A stretch of 64,000 bases of DNA from Mobula hypostoma (lineage: Eukaryota): contig NC_086097.1 of the NCBI RefSeq assembly GCF_963921235.1, positions 86,802,001-86,866,000 on the forward strand, read 5' to 3'. A program made the translations under genes and the position numbers. Below, one piece after another: positions 27,972 to 42,800 of the stretch (its first letter is position 1; the number at the start of each line of letters is the position of its first letter). The notes beneath the pieces were generated by a model, which was not told the DNA's origin, did not search any database, and saw only the letters and a list, made by a program, of their open reading frames with translations.

Positions 27972-30169
27972 TAAGTGATTCAGTTTCAAAAAGTAATCTT
28001 TCTTGTCATAAGTTCATATAATGGCTGTAGAAAGCTAAAGCTATATGTAACCCCGAGGTACTAATGAAATGTTCTCACAGCTCTCATAAATAAAATAAAA
28101 TAAGTGACCAAATAATTTATTTTAGTGATATTGGTTGGGGAATAAATACTGATTGGGAATATCTGTCGAAATAGTTCCTTGGAATACCTTTTTTTACCAC
28201 ACCCACCCTATCTAGAAAAATCAATCAAATGTTTCACTAAAAAATGCTAATTTTAAAGTGGACTCACTCAGTTGTTCACTGAAATGATAAGTACAGATTA
28301 TATGCTTAAATCACTGCATTTGGTATTGAACTTTGATACTTGCACTGGAACATGACAGCTCAAACCAAGTAAAAAACCAAACCACTGGAGGAACTCAGTG
28401 ATTCAGGCCACATAGTGAAGGCAGAGAAAAGGTCAATGTTGTTGTCAAGATTCTACGTTAGGACCTCGATCAGAAGTCCTCAATACAAAACATTGACTTT
28501 CCCTCTGCCTCCACAGATGCTGTCTGACCTGCTGAGTTCCTACAGCAACTTGTTTTTTTTTGCTTCAGTATATGGTATCTGCAGTCTCTCATCTCTAGCT
28601 AGATGTAGACATATTTAACTCAAGATCTATTTAAGGTGTAACAAAAGTAGAAAATGTTGGAATAGCTCAACAAGTTGGGCAGCATTTGTAGAGAAAGAAT
28701 TTGTGCGTCAGTGATCTTAGAGGAGTTTGTGGCCAATAAATAAAAAATTTTGTCCATCTATTCCATTGAAATTTGTGGTTATTTCTTGGAAAATGAGATG
28801 AAAATATATCTTATGGCAAGTGTATCACCTAAACCTGAAATTGAGTTAAGTTCTAAATTAATGCTCAAGTTCTGTAGGTCAATTTGTTTGAAGTAGTTCA
28901 CAGGTACAGTATATTTGACTGAGAGGATACAGAAGTATTGCAGTAGATCAAAATAAGCCAGGTACGCAGTTATGAGACATTGTTTCCGTTTGATGCTTGA
29001 GCCTCAGATGTTCAGCTTTTCTTCAATTTACAAAAGGGAGATATTCCCCTCAACAATAAATTGTAAATGAATAAGGCTGAGTGAACTATAATGTGAATAT
29101 TTTGCTGCAGTGTATTTATAAGTGTGGAGAATGCTGCAGTATTTATAATAGTGAGGAAAATGAAGAACACAAATCCCAAAGAATCAGTAGTGTTATAACT
29201 AAAATTTTAACATTGAAGTGGTAAATCCAGGAATACAATTATAAAGGTAGTTACTTTAGGTTGATATTGCAGTAGAAATATCATTTTAGAAACATGAAAC
29301 TTAGAATACAACTAAATGGACACTACTGCCCTCACTGTGTACATGTACACAGCCATGCAGTGAGCTAAGCAACTTCTCAAAAGTTATTCAAGACAGAAGC
29401 TTTCTTCAAGGTTTTTAATGAGATCTCTTTACTATAAAACTACAGAGAGTTAAGTAAAATATGTATTAAATTCAATACATGATTGTTGCGCACCTGAATA
29501 TATAATACTGTTGAATATTCTCACAACTAATGTTAACCCAGGTGGTAGACATGCACAACGTTCAATAACTATTCTACGTAAACTTGAGTAAGCTCATGAT
29601 GCAATGGCTTGGAACATAATACTTCCTTAAAAATATATCTACTAAATATTGCCAAATTTCAATATTGCCAAAACTTAAGAATCACAGATATTGCTGCTTC
29701 CAGATTAATGTCTTACCACCGTAAGCTTCAAGTTCAATCAAAACTAGCCCGTGCAGGAAATGATACAATAAACAGCTCACATATAGGCAGTGATATTCAT
29801 ACAAAACGAAGCGTGCATGTAGCGGCCTAGAGACCAGAACAGATATGCTTGACACATCAGTGGGTTGATAGAAATTCTGTGGTTTACTTACCTAATCTGA
29901 TAAATCTGTGAATTACATATTATTTGGTAAATGATAAATTGATTTATTATTGTCACATGTATCAAGAAATAGTGAGAAGCTAGTATGTCATCCACGCATA
30001 TCATTTCATTATATCTGTACATAGTACATAGTACAAGGAAAACATTTAGTAACGATGCTAAATGTCATGTTCCAGAGAAAGTGCAGTGCTTTCAGCTTCA
30101 GGTTCCGTGAAGTGATCATCACCAGTAGTCTGTCGTAGTCCATCCACTTGGATGCTATGACCAGGAAAG

Positions 30170-30680
30170 CACATATTGCCTCAACTTCCTCAGGAGGCTA
30201 AAGAAATTCAGGCAAGATGCATGGCTATGATTAAGTAGATTATGAGCTCAAGGCCATCTTATTGTACAAGAGGTCTGTTCAATCGTCTAAAACAACAGGA
30301 TAGAAGCTGTCGTTGAACCTGATGGTAAATGTTTGCAGCCTTTTAAATCTTCTGCCTGATGGGAGGGAGGAAAACAAACATTTAGGGTGGTGGGGTCCTG
30401 GATTATGTTGGCTGCTTTACCAAGACGAGGAGAAATGTAGACAGGGTCCATGGAGGGGAGGCTGGATTCTGTGATAGCATGTACTACATTCACAATTTCT
30501 TGTGGTCTTGAACAGAGTAGTTGCCATACTAAGCTGTGATGCATCTGGATAGGGTGCTTTCTGTGATGTATCTGTAAAAATGGAGTATCAACAGGAACAC
30601 ACTGAAGTTTTTTAACCTTCTGAGGACGTAGAGGCATTGATGTGCTTTCTTGGCTGTGGCGTCTACATGATTAAATTAGG
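30170..30680 (-). mobile_element. Decayed Rex1-type LINE fragment
   Basis: Similarity to the other Rex1 3' pieces. Confidence 0.6.
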
Positions 30681-30864
30681 ACAGACTTTGCCCTTTCCCT
30701 TTCAATTAAATCCATGTAGCTATGGTTCAGCTTTAGCTGGTAGTGAAAGTACTGTTCTAAAGAAAGTGGTTTAAAGAAGTTACTTGGCCTTGAAATAATT
30801 GGAACATCTGGCTTATGGCCTGAATATCTTGAAGGAAAAAGCAATAGATGTTTTGCTAAAAAAA

Positions 30865-31790
30865 TAGAATTATGGAGTCATAAAGCACTACAGCACTGAA
30901 ACAGGGCCTTCGGCCCATCTAGTCCGTGTCGATTTGATCTGCCTAGTCCCATCTACCTGCACCTAGACCATATCCCTCCAAGCTCCTCTCATCATCTATC
31001 TATTCAGACTTGTAAGAACCCACATCCACCAACTTCCGCTGGTAGCTCATTTCATGCTTGTACCACCCAATGAAGAACTTTGCCTTCTGATTCTGTTTAA
31101 ATATTTCACCTTTCTTCCTAATCCCATCTGCCCTCTAGTTCTAGACTTACCCAAGCTGAGAGGAAAAAGAATGCTTGCATTCACCTTATCTATACGCCTT
31201 TTAATTTTATATCCTCTATAGAAGATCATCATTCATTCTCCTGCACTCCAGGGTATAAAGTCCTAACTTACTCAGCCTTTCCCTATAACTCAGATCCTCA
31301 AGTCCTGGCAACGTCCTTGTAAATTTCCTCTGAACTCTTTCAAGCATATTAATATATTTTTTGTAAGTACGTGACCAGAATTACACACAATATTCCAAAT
31401 CTGGCCTCTCAACGTCTTGTACAACTTCAACATAACATCCCAATTTGTGTACTCTGTGCCCTGATTTATTAAGACCAATGTGCCAAAAGCTCTCTTTCTA
31501 CAGCCCTATCTTTCATTTCCTTGAAAGTGGTATTACTGTGACAGTATTCCCAGCTTCACTTGTCCTACAGGGCACCTCAAAGATCTTCCATCCATTGTGC
31601 AAGGCATAGCCTGGTTTATCTTCCCAAAGTGCAACACCTCATACCAGTATGCTTTAATTCCATCTGCCATTTTTGATCCCATTTTCCCACCAGGTCAAGA
31701 TCACACTGCAAGCCTTGATAGTCTTCCTCATTATCCACTATGCCTCCAATTTTGATGTGAACCATAAAATTTGCTGATCCATTTCTTCCA
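30865..31790 (-). mobile_element. Decayed CR1 3' fragment
   Basis: VMLKLYKTL..., CR1 tail; tail near-identical to 36113-36200. Confidence 0.75.
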
Positions 31791-33130
31791 AAAGTAAAAG
31801 CAGGAATGCGACAGGAAAAGGAGAACAGATCCTTTATTTCAGATTTTTGGAATTATGAAAATTTTCGGGCAGAAAACTGCCTGGAGAAATATAACATCAG
31901 TCTTTAAAAGAAGGGATAAGGCAATGTTGGACTGATTATGCTGCAATACCGCTTCCCGGATGTTAGAAGCTGGAATAGATTGTGATTGGGGTGACTTGGG
32001 TCCCCAATGATCCTACAGGCCCTTTTTACACACCTGTTCTTGTAAATGTCCTGAATCATGGGAAGTTCACAACTGCAGATGTGCTGGGCTGTCTGCAGCA
32101 CTCTCTGCAGCATCCTGTGATTAAGAGAGGTACAGTTCCTGTGCCTGGCAGTGATGCAGCTAGTCAGGATGCTCTCAATTGCACCCCTGCGAGAAGTTCT
32201 TAGGATTTGAAGGCCCATACCAAACTTCCTCAACTGTCCAAGCTGAAAGAGGCGCTGTTGTGCCTTTTTCACAACACAGCTGGTGTGTACAGACCACATG
32301 AGGTCCTCAGTGATGTGGATGCCAAGGAACTTGAAGCTCTTTGCCCTCTCAATCCCAGATCCATTGATGTCAATAGGGGTTAGCCCATCTCTGTTCCTCC
32401 CGTAATCCACAACCAGCTCCTTTGTTTTTGCGACATTGAGGGAGAAGTTGTTTTCTTGACACCACTGTGTCAGAGAGATGACTTCTTCCCTGTAGGCCAC
32501 CACGTTATTGTTTGAGATAAGGCCAATCAATGTAGTGTCATCGGCAAATTTTATTAGCAGATTAGAGCTGTGAGTAGCCACACAGTCATGGGTATACAGA
32601 GGGTAAAGGTGGGGACTTGGTACACAGCCCTGAGGAGTTCCTGTGTTGAAAGTCAGAGGGGTGGAGGTGAGGGAGCCTACCCTTACCACCTGCCAGCGAT
32701 CTGACAGGGAGCCCAGGATCAAGCTGCTCAAGTCCAAGATCTGTCAGCTTCCTGTCGAGCCTGGATGGAATTATGGTGTTGAATGCTGAACTGTAGTCCA
32801 AGAACAGCATTCTCACATAAGCATCTTTCTTCTCCAAGTGTGTAAGGACGGTATGTAGAGCAGTGGCTATTGTATCATCTGTCAATCGGTTGTGTCGGTA
32901 GGCGGACTGTAGGGGTCCAGTTTGGTTGGTAGCAAGCTGCAGATGTAATCCTTGGCCTTGGTCTTTTTTGGTACAGGGACAATGGTGGATAATTTGAAGC
33001 AGGAGAGCACTCTACACTGGGAGAGGAAGAGATTAAAAATGTCAGTAAACACACCTGCCAGTTGTGCTGCGCACATCCTGAGTACTCACCCTGGGATGCC
33101 GTGTGGTCCCGCCGCCTTGCGACTGTCCAC

Positions 33131-34028
33131 TGTTACGTACCCCGTAACTGGGTTGCCAAACCAGCAGAAATGGATCACTCAGTTGGAGTCTGGATTACTG
33201 GAACTAAGAAAGTTTTATTAAAGAAATAAGCAACACAGTACTCTAATAGTAAGGATATAAATGCAACAGGTTAGCACTGAATAAACACACATGTACACAG
33301 AACTAGGATAATAGGATCAATCAAGCTCTATCGCAGTCTAGGGGTAAAATGTTCAATCACAAGTGACAGAGTTCAGTTTAGTTCAGTTCGCAGCAATCAT
33401 TGTTGTGCCGTTGAAGAGAGAGAGAGAGAGCGAATGCTGATATTCAAAATCGGATTCAACAGACCTTTGATATTTCTCGCAGTCAGCTTTCGGGCGAGCC
33501 CTTTGTAATGTCTTCTGAGGTCACCGACTGTGACCCCTCCGTTTTCAGATACGATCGTTCCTCTGCGGTGAACCCGGCACCCAGGCAAGGGTGGACACAC
33601 ACACCAGGTTCCCGCCGACCGAATCTTTCCACCCTGTGCGCCTATGGCTGGTCCCGTGACCAGCCCTCCAAAACTCCCACCCACTTGTGGGGGCGCGCCG
33701 CTTCCAGGGTCTCGATACCTCGTGGTGTCGTGAGTGGTGTCTCGTGTGGTGTCTGTTGCCTTAGCGAACCCGTCCCTTTTTATCCCCCTGTTGGGGTATC
33801 ACCTGTCCATCACTTCAAACAGTTCAGATTCAAAGCAAACCAGTCTTGACAATACCCAGACCGGTGTCTCCTTCCGTTAATCTCGCTCGTCTCTTCATTA
33901 ACATTTCCAAATGCTGCTCCATTGTCTTCCTTATCTCTCTCCTGAAGACAGGTGGCAGATCAACTGTTGATCCCACTGGTGATAGCACAGGACAGTCAAC
34001 ATCTTAGTCTATGTGTACTTTCGTCACA
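33131..34028 (-). mobile_element. Solo LTR (Gypsy-like)
   Basis: TGTTACG...CGTCACA termini; 4-bp TSD CCAC; AATAAA and TATA-like GATAAAAA on the minus strand; homologous to 47985. Confidence 0.88.
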
Positions 34029-34277
34029 CCACTCGCTGGAAACATCTGCGTACCTCAGCCTCAGAGATGATCAGGTTGCAGGTTGTAGTGGTGGCTTTCC
34101 TTGGAGGCTCAGAGTTAGCAACATCGAACTGAGTGTAAAAGCGATTGAGCTCATCTGGGAGAGAGGCCATGATGTTGGCGGCACCACAACATTTGGATTT
34201 GAAGTCTTTGATGCTATACAACTGTCACCACAAGTCACATGTGCTATTCGTTGTGAATATTGACTCAATCTTGTTCC

Positions 34278-35161
34278 GGCACTTATCCTTGTAAGCGGAA
34301 CAAGTGCTATACATGCCCTCACACTTCCTCTCTCACCACCATTCAGGCCCCCAGACAGTCCTTCCAGGTGAGGCGACACTTCACCTGTGAGTCGGCTGGG
34401 GTGATATACTGTGTCCTGTGCTCCCGGTGCGGCCTTCTATATATTGCAGAGACACGACCCAGGCTGGGAGACCATTTCGCTGAACACCTATGCTCTGTCC
34501 GCCAGAGAAAGCAGAATCTCCCTGTGGCCACACATTTTAATTCCACATTCCATTCCCATTCTGATATGTCTATCCACGGCCTTCTCTATTGTCAAGATGA
34601 AGCCACAGTCAGGTTGGAGGAACAACACCTTATATTCCGTCTGGGTAGCCTCCAACCTGATGGCATGAACATTGACTTCCCTAACTTCCATTAATGCCCC
34701 TCCTCCCCTTCGTACCCCATCCCTTATTTATTTATTTATTTATTTATTCGTTCATTCATTCATTCATTCATTCATTCCTCTCCCCCCCCCCCCCCCCCGG
34801 CCTTTTTTTCTCTCTTTTTTTCTCCCTCTGTCCCTGTCACTATAACTCTTTACCTGCTCTCCATTCTCTGGGCTCCCCTCCCCCTTTCTTTCTCCCTAGG
34901 CTTCCCGTCCAGTGATCCTCTCCCTTCTCCAGCCTTGTACCCCTTTTGCCAATCAACTTTCCAGCTCTTAGCTCCAAGCCTCCCCCTCCTGTCTTCTCCT
35001 ATCATTTCGGATCTCCCTCTCCCCTTCCCACTTTCCAATCTCTTACTATCTCTTCTTTCAGTTAGTCCTGACAAAGGGTCTCAGCCCGAAACGTCGACTG
35101 TACCTCTTCCTAGAGATGCTGCCTGGCCTGCTGCGTTCACCAGCATTTTTTGTATGTGTTG
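34278..35161 (+). mobile_element. 5'-truncated Penelope-like element (GIY-YIG + terminal repeat)
   Basis: ORF 34260..34694: VIYCVLCSRCGLLYIAET...EHL; flanking duplication CTTGTTCC. Confidence 0.88.
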
Positions 35162-36112
35162 CTTGTTCCAGTATTGGTGTTTTGCAGTCTTGATAGCTTT
35201 GCGCAGATCCTAGCTGCTTTTCTTGAGCCTCCAGCTGATTGCCAGCAATGTAAATGGGAAGTGCTGCTCGCACGGAACTGTTGATCCAGGTGTCTGGTTT
35301 GGGAAGGCCCTGACCGACTTCTGGGGGACAACATCGTCGATGCACTTCCGGATGAAGCAAGTGGCTCCATCCGTGAACTCGGAGACATCCTCATCATGGA
35401 AGTCGTTCCAGTCAAAGTCATTGAAGCAAACTGAAATTGAAATATCTTAACAAAACCTGTGGACAGAGGGAAATAAAGATTGGATACTTCAAATTGTTTA
35501 ATATTTTGAAGTCGTTTAATTTGTTATTGAATTGTGGCATCAGTAATGGTTTCAAGCAGAAGATCTGATCTTGTGTTTTGATCTTAGGCTTAGCATTGTA
35601 GGAATAATGTGGGCAGAATGAAGGGAGTGAAAAATTTAAGCAACGGGAAACTGGAAGTTGGGGTCATTCTTGCAAACTGCAATGGAGTCACATAATCTGC
35701 GTTTGTTTTTTCCAGCCTAGGGGAGACCATTCTATGAGCATACAATGTAATATCCTAAGTTGGAAGAAATACAAGTGAATTTCTGTTTCATTTGGATGGA
35801 GTTCTTTGGGTCCCTGCATGGTGGGAAGGGAAGTGGTAAAAGTGTAGATGTCGTTTGCCCTCTAATTGCATGGGAGAATGTCATGATCGGCTCTTATTCA
35901 GGATAGCTCAATGAAATCTTTTACCATAAACATATTATTTGAAAATAACACTTTTGAGAGTGTAGCACTCCCGTCAATTCTGGTGTGTCAAATTAGAGCA
36001 GAGCTTGAGCTCACAAAATTCTAGAATGGAGCATCTCTCTTCTGAACCTTTCAGGAAGAAATAGGCAGTCTCTTGGGATTGAGAATGATTTGCTTCCCCT
36101 ACAGTACAATTA

Positions 36113-39100
36113 TAGAGTCGTAAAGCACTGCAGCACTGAAACAGGGCCCTCGGCCCATCTAGTCCGTGTCGATCTGATCTGCCTAGTCCCATCTACCTGC
36201 AACCTTTCCATCAATATCAACAAAACTAAAGAGCTGGTCATTGACTTCAGGAAGGTGGGTGGTGCACATGTTCCTGTCTACATCAACTATGTTGAAGTCG
36301 AGAACCTCAAAGCTCCCAGTAATCACCCGTAGCCTGTCATGGTGTGGCAACTGCACTGCATGTGACCACAAAAAAACTGCAGAGAGTTGTGGACACAGCT
36401 CAACACATCACAGGAATGAGGCTACCATATCAAAGACCCCACCCGCCTTGGACATTCTCTATTTTTCCCTCTCCCTGTGGACAGAAGATGCGAAAGCCTA
36501 TAAACTCGTAACACCCGGCTCAGCGCAGCTTCTATTTCACTATTATCAGATTCTTGAACGGACCACTTGTGGAGTAAGATGGGCTCTTGATCTCACAGTC
36601 TACCTCATTATGATCTTGCACTTTATTATTTACCTGCATTGCAATTTCTTGGTAGTTTTTACATTTTATTCTGCATTGTTGTTTTACCTATTTTAGCTCA
36701 ATGCACTGTGAAATGATTTGATCTGTATAAACAGTATGCAAGACAAGCTTTTCACTATATCTTGTTGCATGTGACAGTCATAAACTAAATCAAAATTGCC
36801 CCACTCTGGCCTTGATCTATCTTCTATAGTTTTTCCGGCTGCCATCTGCTCGTGCTTAAAATTGAAAATGTCATTCCATTTTTTTAAGAAGGGAGGGAGG
36901 CAGAAGAAAGAAAATTATAGGCCAGTTAACCTGACTTCAGTGGTTGGGAAGAGGTTGGAGGAGGATGAGGTTTCAGGGTAGTTAAAATAGGGCGAAGTCA
37001 GCATGGTTTCCTAAGGGGGAGATCTTGCTTGACAAATCTGTTGGAATTCTTTGAGAAAATAACAAGCATGATGGACAAAGGACAGTTGGTGGATGTTGCT
37101 TACTTGGATTTTCAGAAGGCCTTTAACAAGTGCCACACCTGAGGCTGCCACCGTTGAAGACATCCACATGGAACACTGTTGAAGGATCCCCACCACCCAG
37201 GTCATGCCCACTTCTCGCTGCTGCCATCAGCAAGAAAGTACAGGGCCTCAAAACCCAGACCCAGGTTCAAGAATAGTTATTACTCTCGGCTCTTGAATAA
37301 CTTCACTCAGCTTTACTCACCCCATCACTGAACTGTTCCTACAATCTATGGACTCACTTTCAAGTAATCTTAATTTTGTGTTCTCTATATTCATTGCTTA
37401 TTTATTTATTATCATTTCTTTCTTTTGTATTTGTACCGTTTGTTGTCTTTTGTGCACTGGTTGTTTGGCTATCCTGTTGGGTGTGGTCTTCCATTGATTC
37501 CATCATGTTTTTCATTTTCTGCGTGGAGGTCGGTGACCAATGGTGTGCCTCAGGGCTCTGTTCTGGGACCCCTACTCTTCCTGATTTTTATAAATGATCT
37601 GGATGAGGAAGTGGAGGGATGGGTTAGTAAATTTGCTGATGACACAAAGGTTGGGGGTGTTGTGGATAGTGTAGAGGGCTGTCAGAGGTTACAACGGGAC
37701 ATTGATAGGATGCTAAACTGGGCTGAGAAGTGGCAGATGGAGTTCAACCCAGATAAGTATGAGGTGGTTCATTTTGGTAGGTCAAATATGATGGCAGAAT
37801 ATAGTATTAATGGTAAGACTCTTGGCAGTGTGGAGGATCAGCGGGATCTTGGGGTCCGAGTCCATCAGACACTCAAAACTGCTATGCAGGTTGACTCTGT
37901 GGTTAAGAAAGCATACGGTGCATTGGCCTTCATCAGTCGTGGGATTGAGTTTAGGAGCCGAGAGGTAATGGTCAGACCCCATTTGGAGTACTGTGCTCTG
38001 TTCTGGTCACCTCACTATAGGAAGGATGTGGAAACCATAGGAAGGGTGCAGAGGAGATTTACAAAGATGTTGGGTGGATTGGGGAGCATGCCTTATGAGA
38101 ATGGTTTGAGTGAACTGGGCCTTTTTTCCTTGGAGTGATGGAGGATGAGAGGTGACCTGCTAGAGGTGTATACGATGATGAGAGGCATTGATCGTGTGGA
38201 TAGTCAGAGGCTTTTTCCCAGGGCTGAAATGGCTAGCACAAGAGGGCACATTTTAAGGTGCTTGGAGGTAGGTACAGAGGAGATATCAGGGGTAATTTTT
38301 TTTTTATGCAGAGAGTGATGAGTGCGTGGAATGGGCTGTGGTGACAGTGGTGGAGGCGGATACGATAAGGTCTTTTAAGAGACTCCTGGACAGGTACATG
38401 GAACTCAGAAAAATAGAGGGCTATGGGTAACCCTAGGTAATTTCTAAGGTGAGGATATGTTCGGCACAGCTTTGTGGGCCGAAGGGCCTGTATTGTGCTG
38501 TAGGTGGGTGTGATTTCAATCCTCCTTGGTGCTTTAATTGCGAGAGATGGAGTCAATCATGGGTTTGTGCCCCGTCTTCAGGCTTCCTGGCCTCCATGCT
38601 GTACACTCTCAGAGACAGCAAAGCACCAGGTTACCCAATTGACCTAGAAACACATGGCCAGAATGTAGGTAACAGGCTCCATCAGTATCACGGTATCAGA
38701 ACCACGTGTGAAACAAAAAGACGTAAAAGGAGGGAGTAACACACATCAAAGTTGCTGGTGAATGCAGCAGGCCAGGCAGCACCTCTAGGAAGAGGTACAG
38801 TCAGGGAGTTGCTTCTTGACCTGTCTTGAGGATGTCACCCTAAGTAGCGATGTTTGCTGGTGCCATCTTTTTCTTTCCCTAAAGGTTAACTTGCAGGTTG
38901 AGGTGGTGGTAAGGAAGGCAAAGCAATGTTAACATTTACTTCGAGAGGACTAGAATGTCAAAGCAAGTATGTAAACTGAAGCTTTATAAGGCATTAGTCA
39001 GACCACACTTCGAGAATTGTGAACAGTTTTGGGCCCCTTATCTAAGAAAAGATGTGCTGGTGCATTGGAAAGGGTCCAGAGGAGGTTTGTGAGAATGATT

Positions 39101-39470
39101 CTGGGAATTAAATTGAAAGGCTAGATAGAGTGGATGTGAAGAGGGTTTTTCTTATATTAGGGGAGTCGAGGACCTAAGGGTACTGCCTCAGAATAGAGGG
39201 ATGTCCATTTGGAACAGAGATGTGGAGGAAATTTTTTAGCCAGCTGGTGGTGAATCTCTGGAATTCATTGTTGCTGACAGCTCTGGAGGCCAAGTCATTG
39301 GGTATATTTAAAGCAACGGTTGATAGCTTCTTGATTAGATTGAGCATCAAAGATTATGGAGAGAAGCCAGGATAATGGGTTTGAGAGTGATAATAAATTA
39401 GCCATGATGGAGTGGTGGAATAGACTTGATGGGCAAATGGCCTGATTCTGTTCTTATGTCTTGTGGTCTT
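36113..39470 (+). mobile_element. Cluster of CR1 and Rex1 fragments; best preserved is CR1 RT/3' end 37522-38503
   Basis: ORF 37425..38138 GVPQGSVLGP...FADDTK; further CR1 pieces ~36860-37145 and 38880-39470; Rex1 tails ~36200-36790 and 37150-37520. Confidence 0.8.
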
Positions 39471-39811
39471 ATCTAGAGGAAGGCTATTATCCAGTTGTTG
39501 CCAGTAGATCTCCTCATAACTGCTCCCTGAATTAATTGCACTCTGTTCTTGTGGGTTTACAGCAGATCTTGTGCAGAACCACCAAAAATAACTGGGTGGC
39601 CAGTTTGCTTAAGATTCCCTTGAGGCTAGATAACCCTGATCAGGGAGGGTTGCAAAACAGACTTTTTCAAGGACAAATCATCAACAGAAATAACATCAAG
39701 CTTAAAACTGACACAATAATGGTAATTGAAGATTAAAAGCACAGATAATTAGGTAACACGCACAACACACTGGAGGAACTCAGCAGGTCGGGCAGCATCC
39801 GTGGAAATGAA

Positions 39812-39849
39812 CAGTCAACGTTTCGGGCTGAGACCCTTCATCAGGACTG
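39812..39849 (-). ncRNA. Minimal type-I hammerhead ribozyme motif, intact core, in PLE remnant 39755-39990
   Basis: Minus strand: CAGUC CUGAUGA A GGG UCUCAG CCC GAAA CG UU GACUG. Confidence 0.8.
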
Positions 39850-42800
39850 AAGAGGGAGGGGGCAGGGGCCCTATAAAGAAGGTGGGGGAGGGTGGGAAGG
39901 AGAAGGGGTGGGGGAAGGGAAGCAGAGAGGGGATAGGCAGGAAAGGTGAAGAAGAAATAGGGGGAAGCATAATGGGTAGTAGAAGGAGGCAGATAATTGT
40001 ACCACAGATAATTAGGTATTCTCTAAACTGCTTGAGAGACTTAAATGCTGAAGGTAAGTTCTATATCACTGAAATCTGAACATAAGAAAATAGAATCAGA
40101 AACAGGCTACCCGGCCCTTCAAGCCTTTTGGGTCTTTTGATGTGATCAGTTAGTCCAGCCCAGGTTTCAAGCCTTCCATGGCCCCAAATTCCTTGATTTG
40201 TTTCAAATATCTCCAATGGTGTGCCTTTTGCAACCCTCTGACGTGGAGAACTCAGATATCCACCAAGCTCTATAAGAAGGTGTTTCAGCATATTAATATT
40301 TTCAGATCTCAGTTGTAGTTACTGTACCCTGAAAGAGTAGTGAAATTTCATTTTGACTTAATTGTCAGTAGTATTCCATAGAGTCTTTTCAGCCAACTTT
40401 ATATGCTTCCTACATAAAGGTTCTGGACATAGGAAATGAGAGCACAATCCCAATGGTATGCAGTTTTGCTTATGAAGATCATGAAGACCCCAGTGGGAAA
40501 TAAATCGATGAACATAGTTGAGGTAGATAGTTTTCTGATGAAATTAAAAGTAAAATATAGACAGAGAAATTGATCTTAAATGAGGTTTTTAAAATTGCTT
40601 TGAGGAACTATGATAATATTTAATTAAATGATATGCACTTTGGTTTTGTGCCAGAGATATACAATCTTAAACCTGCAATAACTTGCTTTACATAGCTATG
40701 AACATTAAATGCAATGCATTTCATAAAGTGGCTTATCACTGTTTTTACTGCACTTCATCTGCTTTATTCTCCCTCCCTCCAAACATGCATCTATGTTGCT
40801 TTTTTGCATGCATAATCAGAACTCCTCCATTAGATAAATCAAAATGAAGTCCACCTGACAGTACCACATTGGGTGTTCAGCTGGCATAAAACATTGGGCA
40901 TAAGACTAATCCCTTAACTATCACTGTATCTTTAAATAAATATTAAACAAATTTTTAATCTTTTTTAGCTGGAAAAGGGCAGAGTACTACATTGAGTACG
41001 TAGTTTGTTGTTTTTAAGCATCCTTTGCTGAACAACACAGACTTAGAATGTGGACTTTGCAGGAATATGAATAGTATTAATATTTCTCAAGGTGCTGCAC
41101 TGTAATTGGGCCACCAACGGGAGTGGGAAGGTACTGCAACTGTGTATGTTTTATGTCGTGATGCACGTGTGGTAAGATTATGCAATAAAACCATTTGTCC
41201 AGTTTCACAGTTCTGTAAAGATAAGTCCAAGAAAGAATAAAATAATTTTAATTCTAAATAGATCTGAGTAATGCCAATCATGGCTGCTATGATCCATTGC
41301 TTTTTAAGTACTTTATACGTTATATATAGTTAGATTTCACCCCAAAATTATTGCTTTGCTCAATGAAATTTCCTGAAACATCACTTTCTTATGATCATAG
41401 TTTCTTAGAAATTAATGGAGAGCAAGAAAATTATTTCACCTTCTAAATTGCTTTGTAGGCAAAATAAAGTTTGTTCATTCAAGTTTTAGGATACTTCTAG
41501 CATGCTGAATTACAGGGATATCAGTGCAAGTTTCCTATAAGGATTAGATAAGGGTTCTATGCATGGGATTAATAGCAAAACTAAAATGGCATGTAATTCA
41601 AGATGATTTTCTGACATGAGTGAATTGCTATTTGAGAGGCTAGAAAGGAGAGTTAATGAGTTTTATCTCTGATTGGCAAGATGTAACAATGTTTTCCCAG
41701 GGAATAAGCACTTGGTCTTGGTCTTTATTTTTATCCAAATTGCAAATATTAGTAGGTAAGTTATTAATTTTTAGCGCTAGGACATTGCAAAAGGACATCA
41801 TTTTCCTTATTTCACTTGGTCTGCTTAAGAGTTCACGATAGGGCAAATGAGAAAGTTAAAAGTGAGGATGTTGTGCAGAGGTTCGGCGCTCAGAGCCTCT
41901 GTTGGATTGTATTGAGACTAGCACTTAGTTTTGAATGCCGAATGTTGGGAAAGGTACCTGACTTGGTTAGGAGAACAGCACAGAAATGGAACATAGTGCA
42001 GTACAGGGACATGCCCTTTAGCCCACGATGTTTTGCCAAACGAATTAAAGTAGTAATTAAGCACCTAACTAAACTAATCCTTTCTACCTACACAATTTCC
42101 ATATCTTTCCTTTCTCTGCACATTCAACTACATAAGAGCCTCTTAAATCCCTCCATAGTGTTTGCTTTCATTACTAACTTTGACATTGCATTTCTTTTGA
42201 ACTTCCCCCCTCTCACCTTAAATGCGTGCTCTCTAGTGTTAGACATTTCAACTGGACTCTGTGCCTTTCATAAATTTATAAACTAAAATCAGCTCTCCCT
42301 TCAAGCCTCCACTGCTCCAGAGAAAAAGTTTGCTCAACCTCTCCTCATAGCATATGCCCTTTAATCCAGGAAGCACGTTATTAGAATTAGAATGGAGATG
42401 GAGAACTAGTACTAGAATGTTTTCTGGCTCAATTGTTAGAATAATTCCTAGTATAAAGAATTATATTAATAACAACATGAATAATTTAATAAAAAATGCT
42501 GGGAATAGCAAGCCAGACAACCTATGGAAAGTGAAATAAGTAAAGCTCATAAAAGTGCAACTTTGCTACAGAGGGTCATAAATGTATTTAATTGAGCTGT
42601 CAGAGGATGCTCTTAAACTACGTTTGTACATACATTAACGACTTTTAAATGACACTTCTACAAGAACTTGAATAGGAAAGGTTATAGAGCAATGTGAGCC
42701 AAATGCAGACAAATGGGGCTAGCTTAGATGGGCATTTTGTTCGACACAGATCATTTGGGCCAAAGGGCCTGTTTCTGTGGTGTACTATAGGAGTATGACA

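Larger units (their letters stand above)
31935..35430 (-). mobile_element. Rex1-type LINE (RT region) interrupted by an LTR and a PLE
   Basis: ORF 31904..32737 (PQGCV, KFADDTT); frame rejoins across both inserts. Confidence 0.9.

Noticed and set aside
28465..28500. Additional hammerhead remnants (also ~11670-11695)
   Set aside because: Core and stem II are too decayed to call
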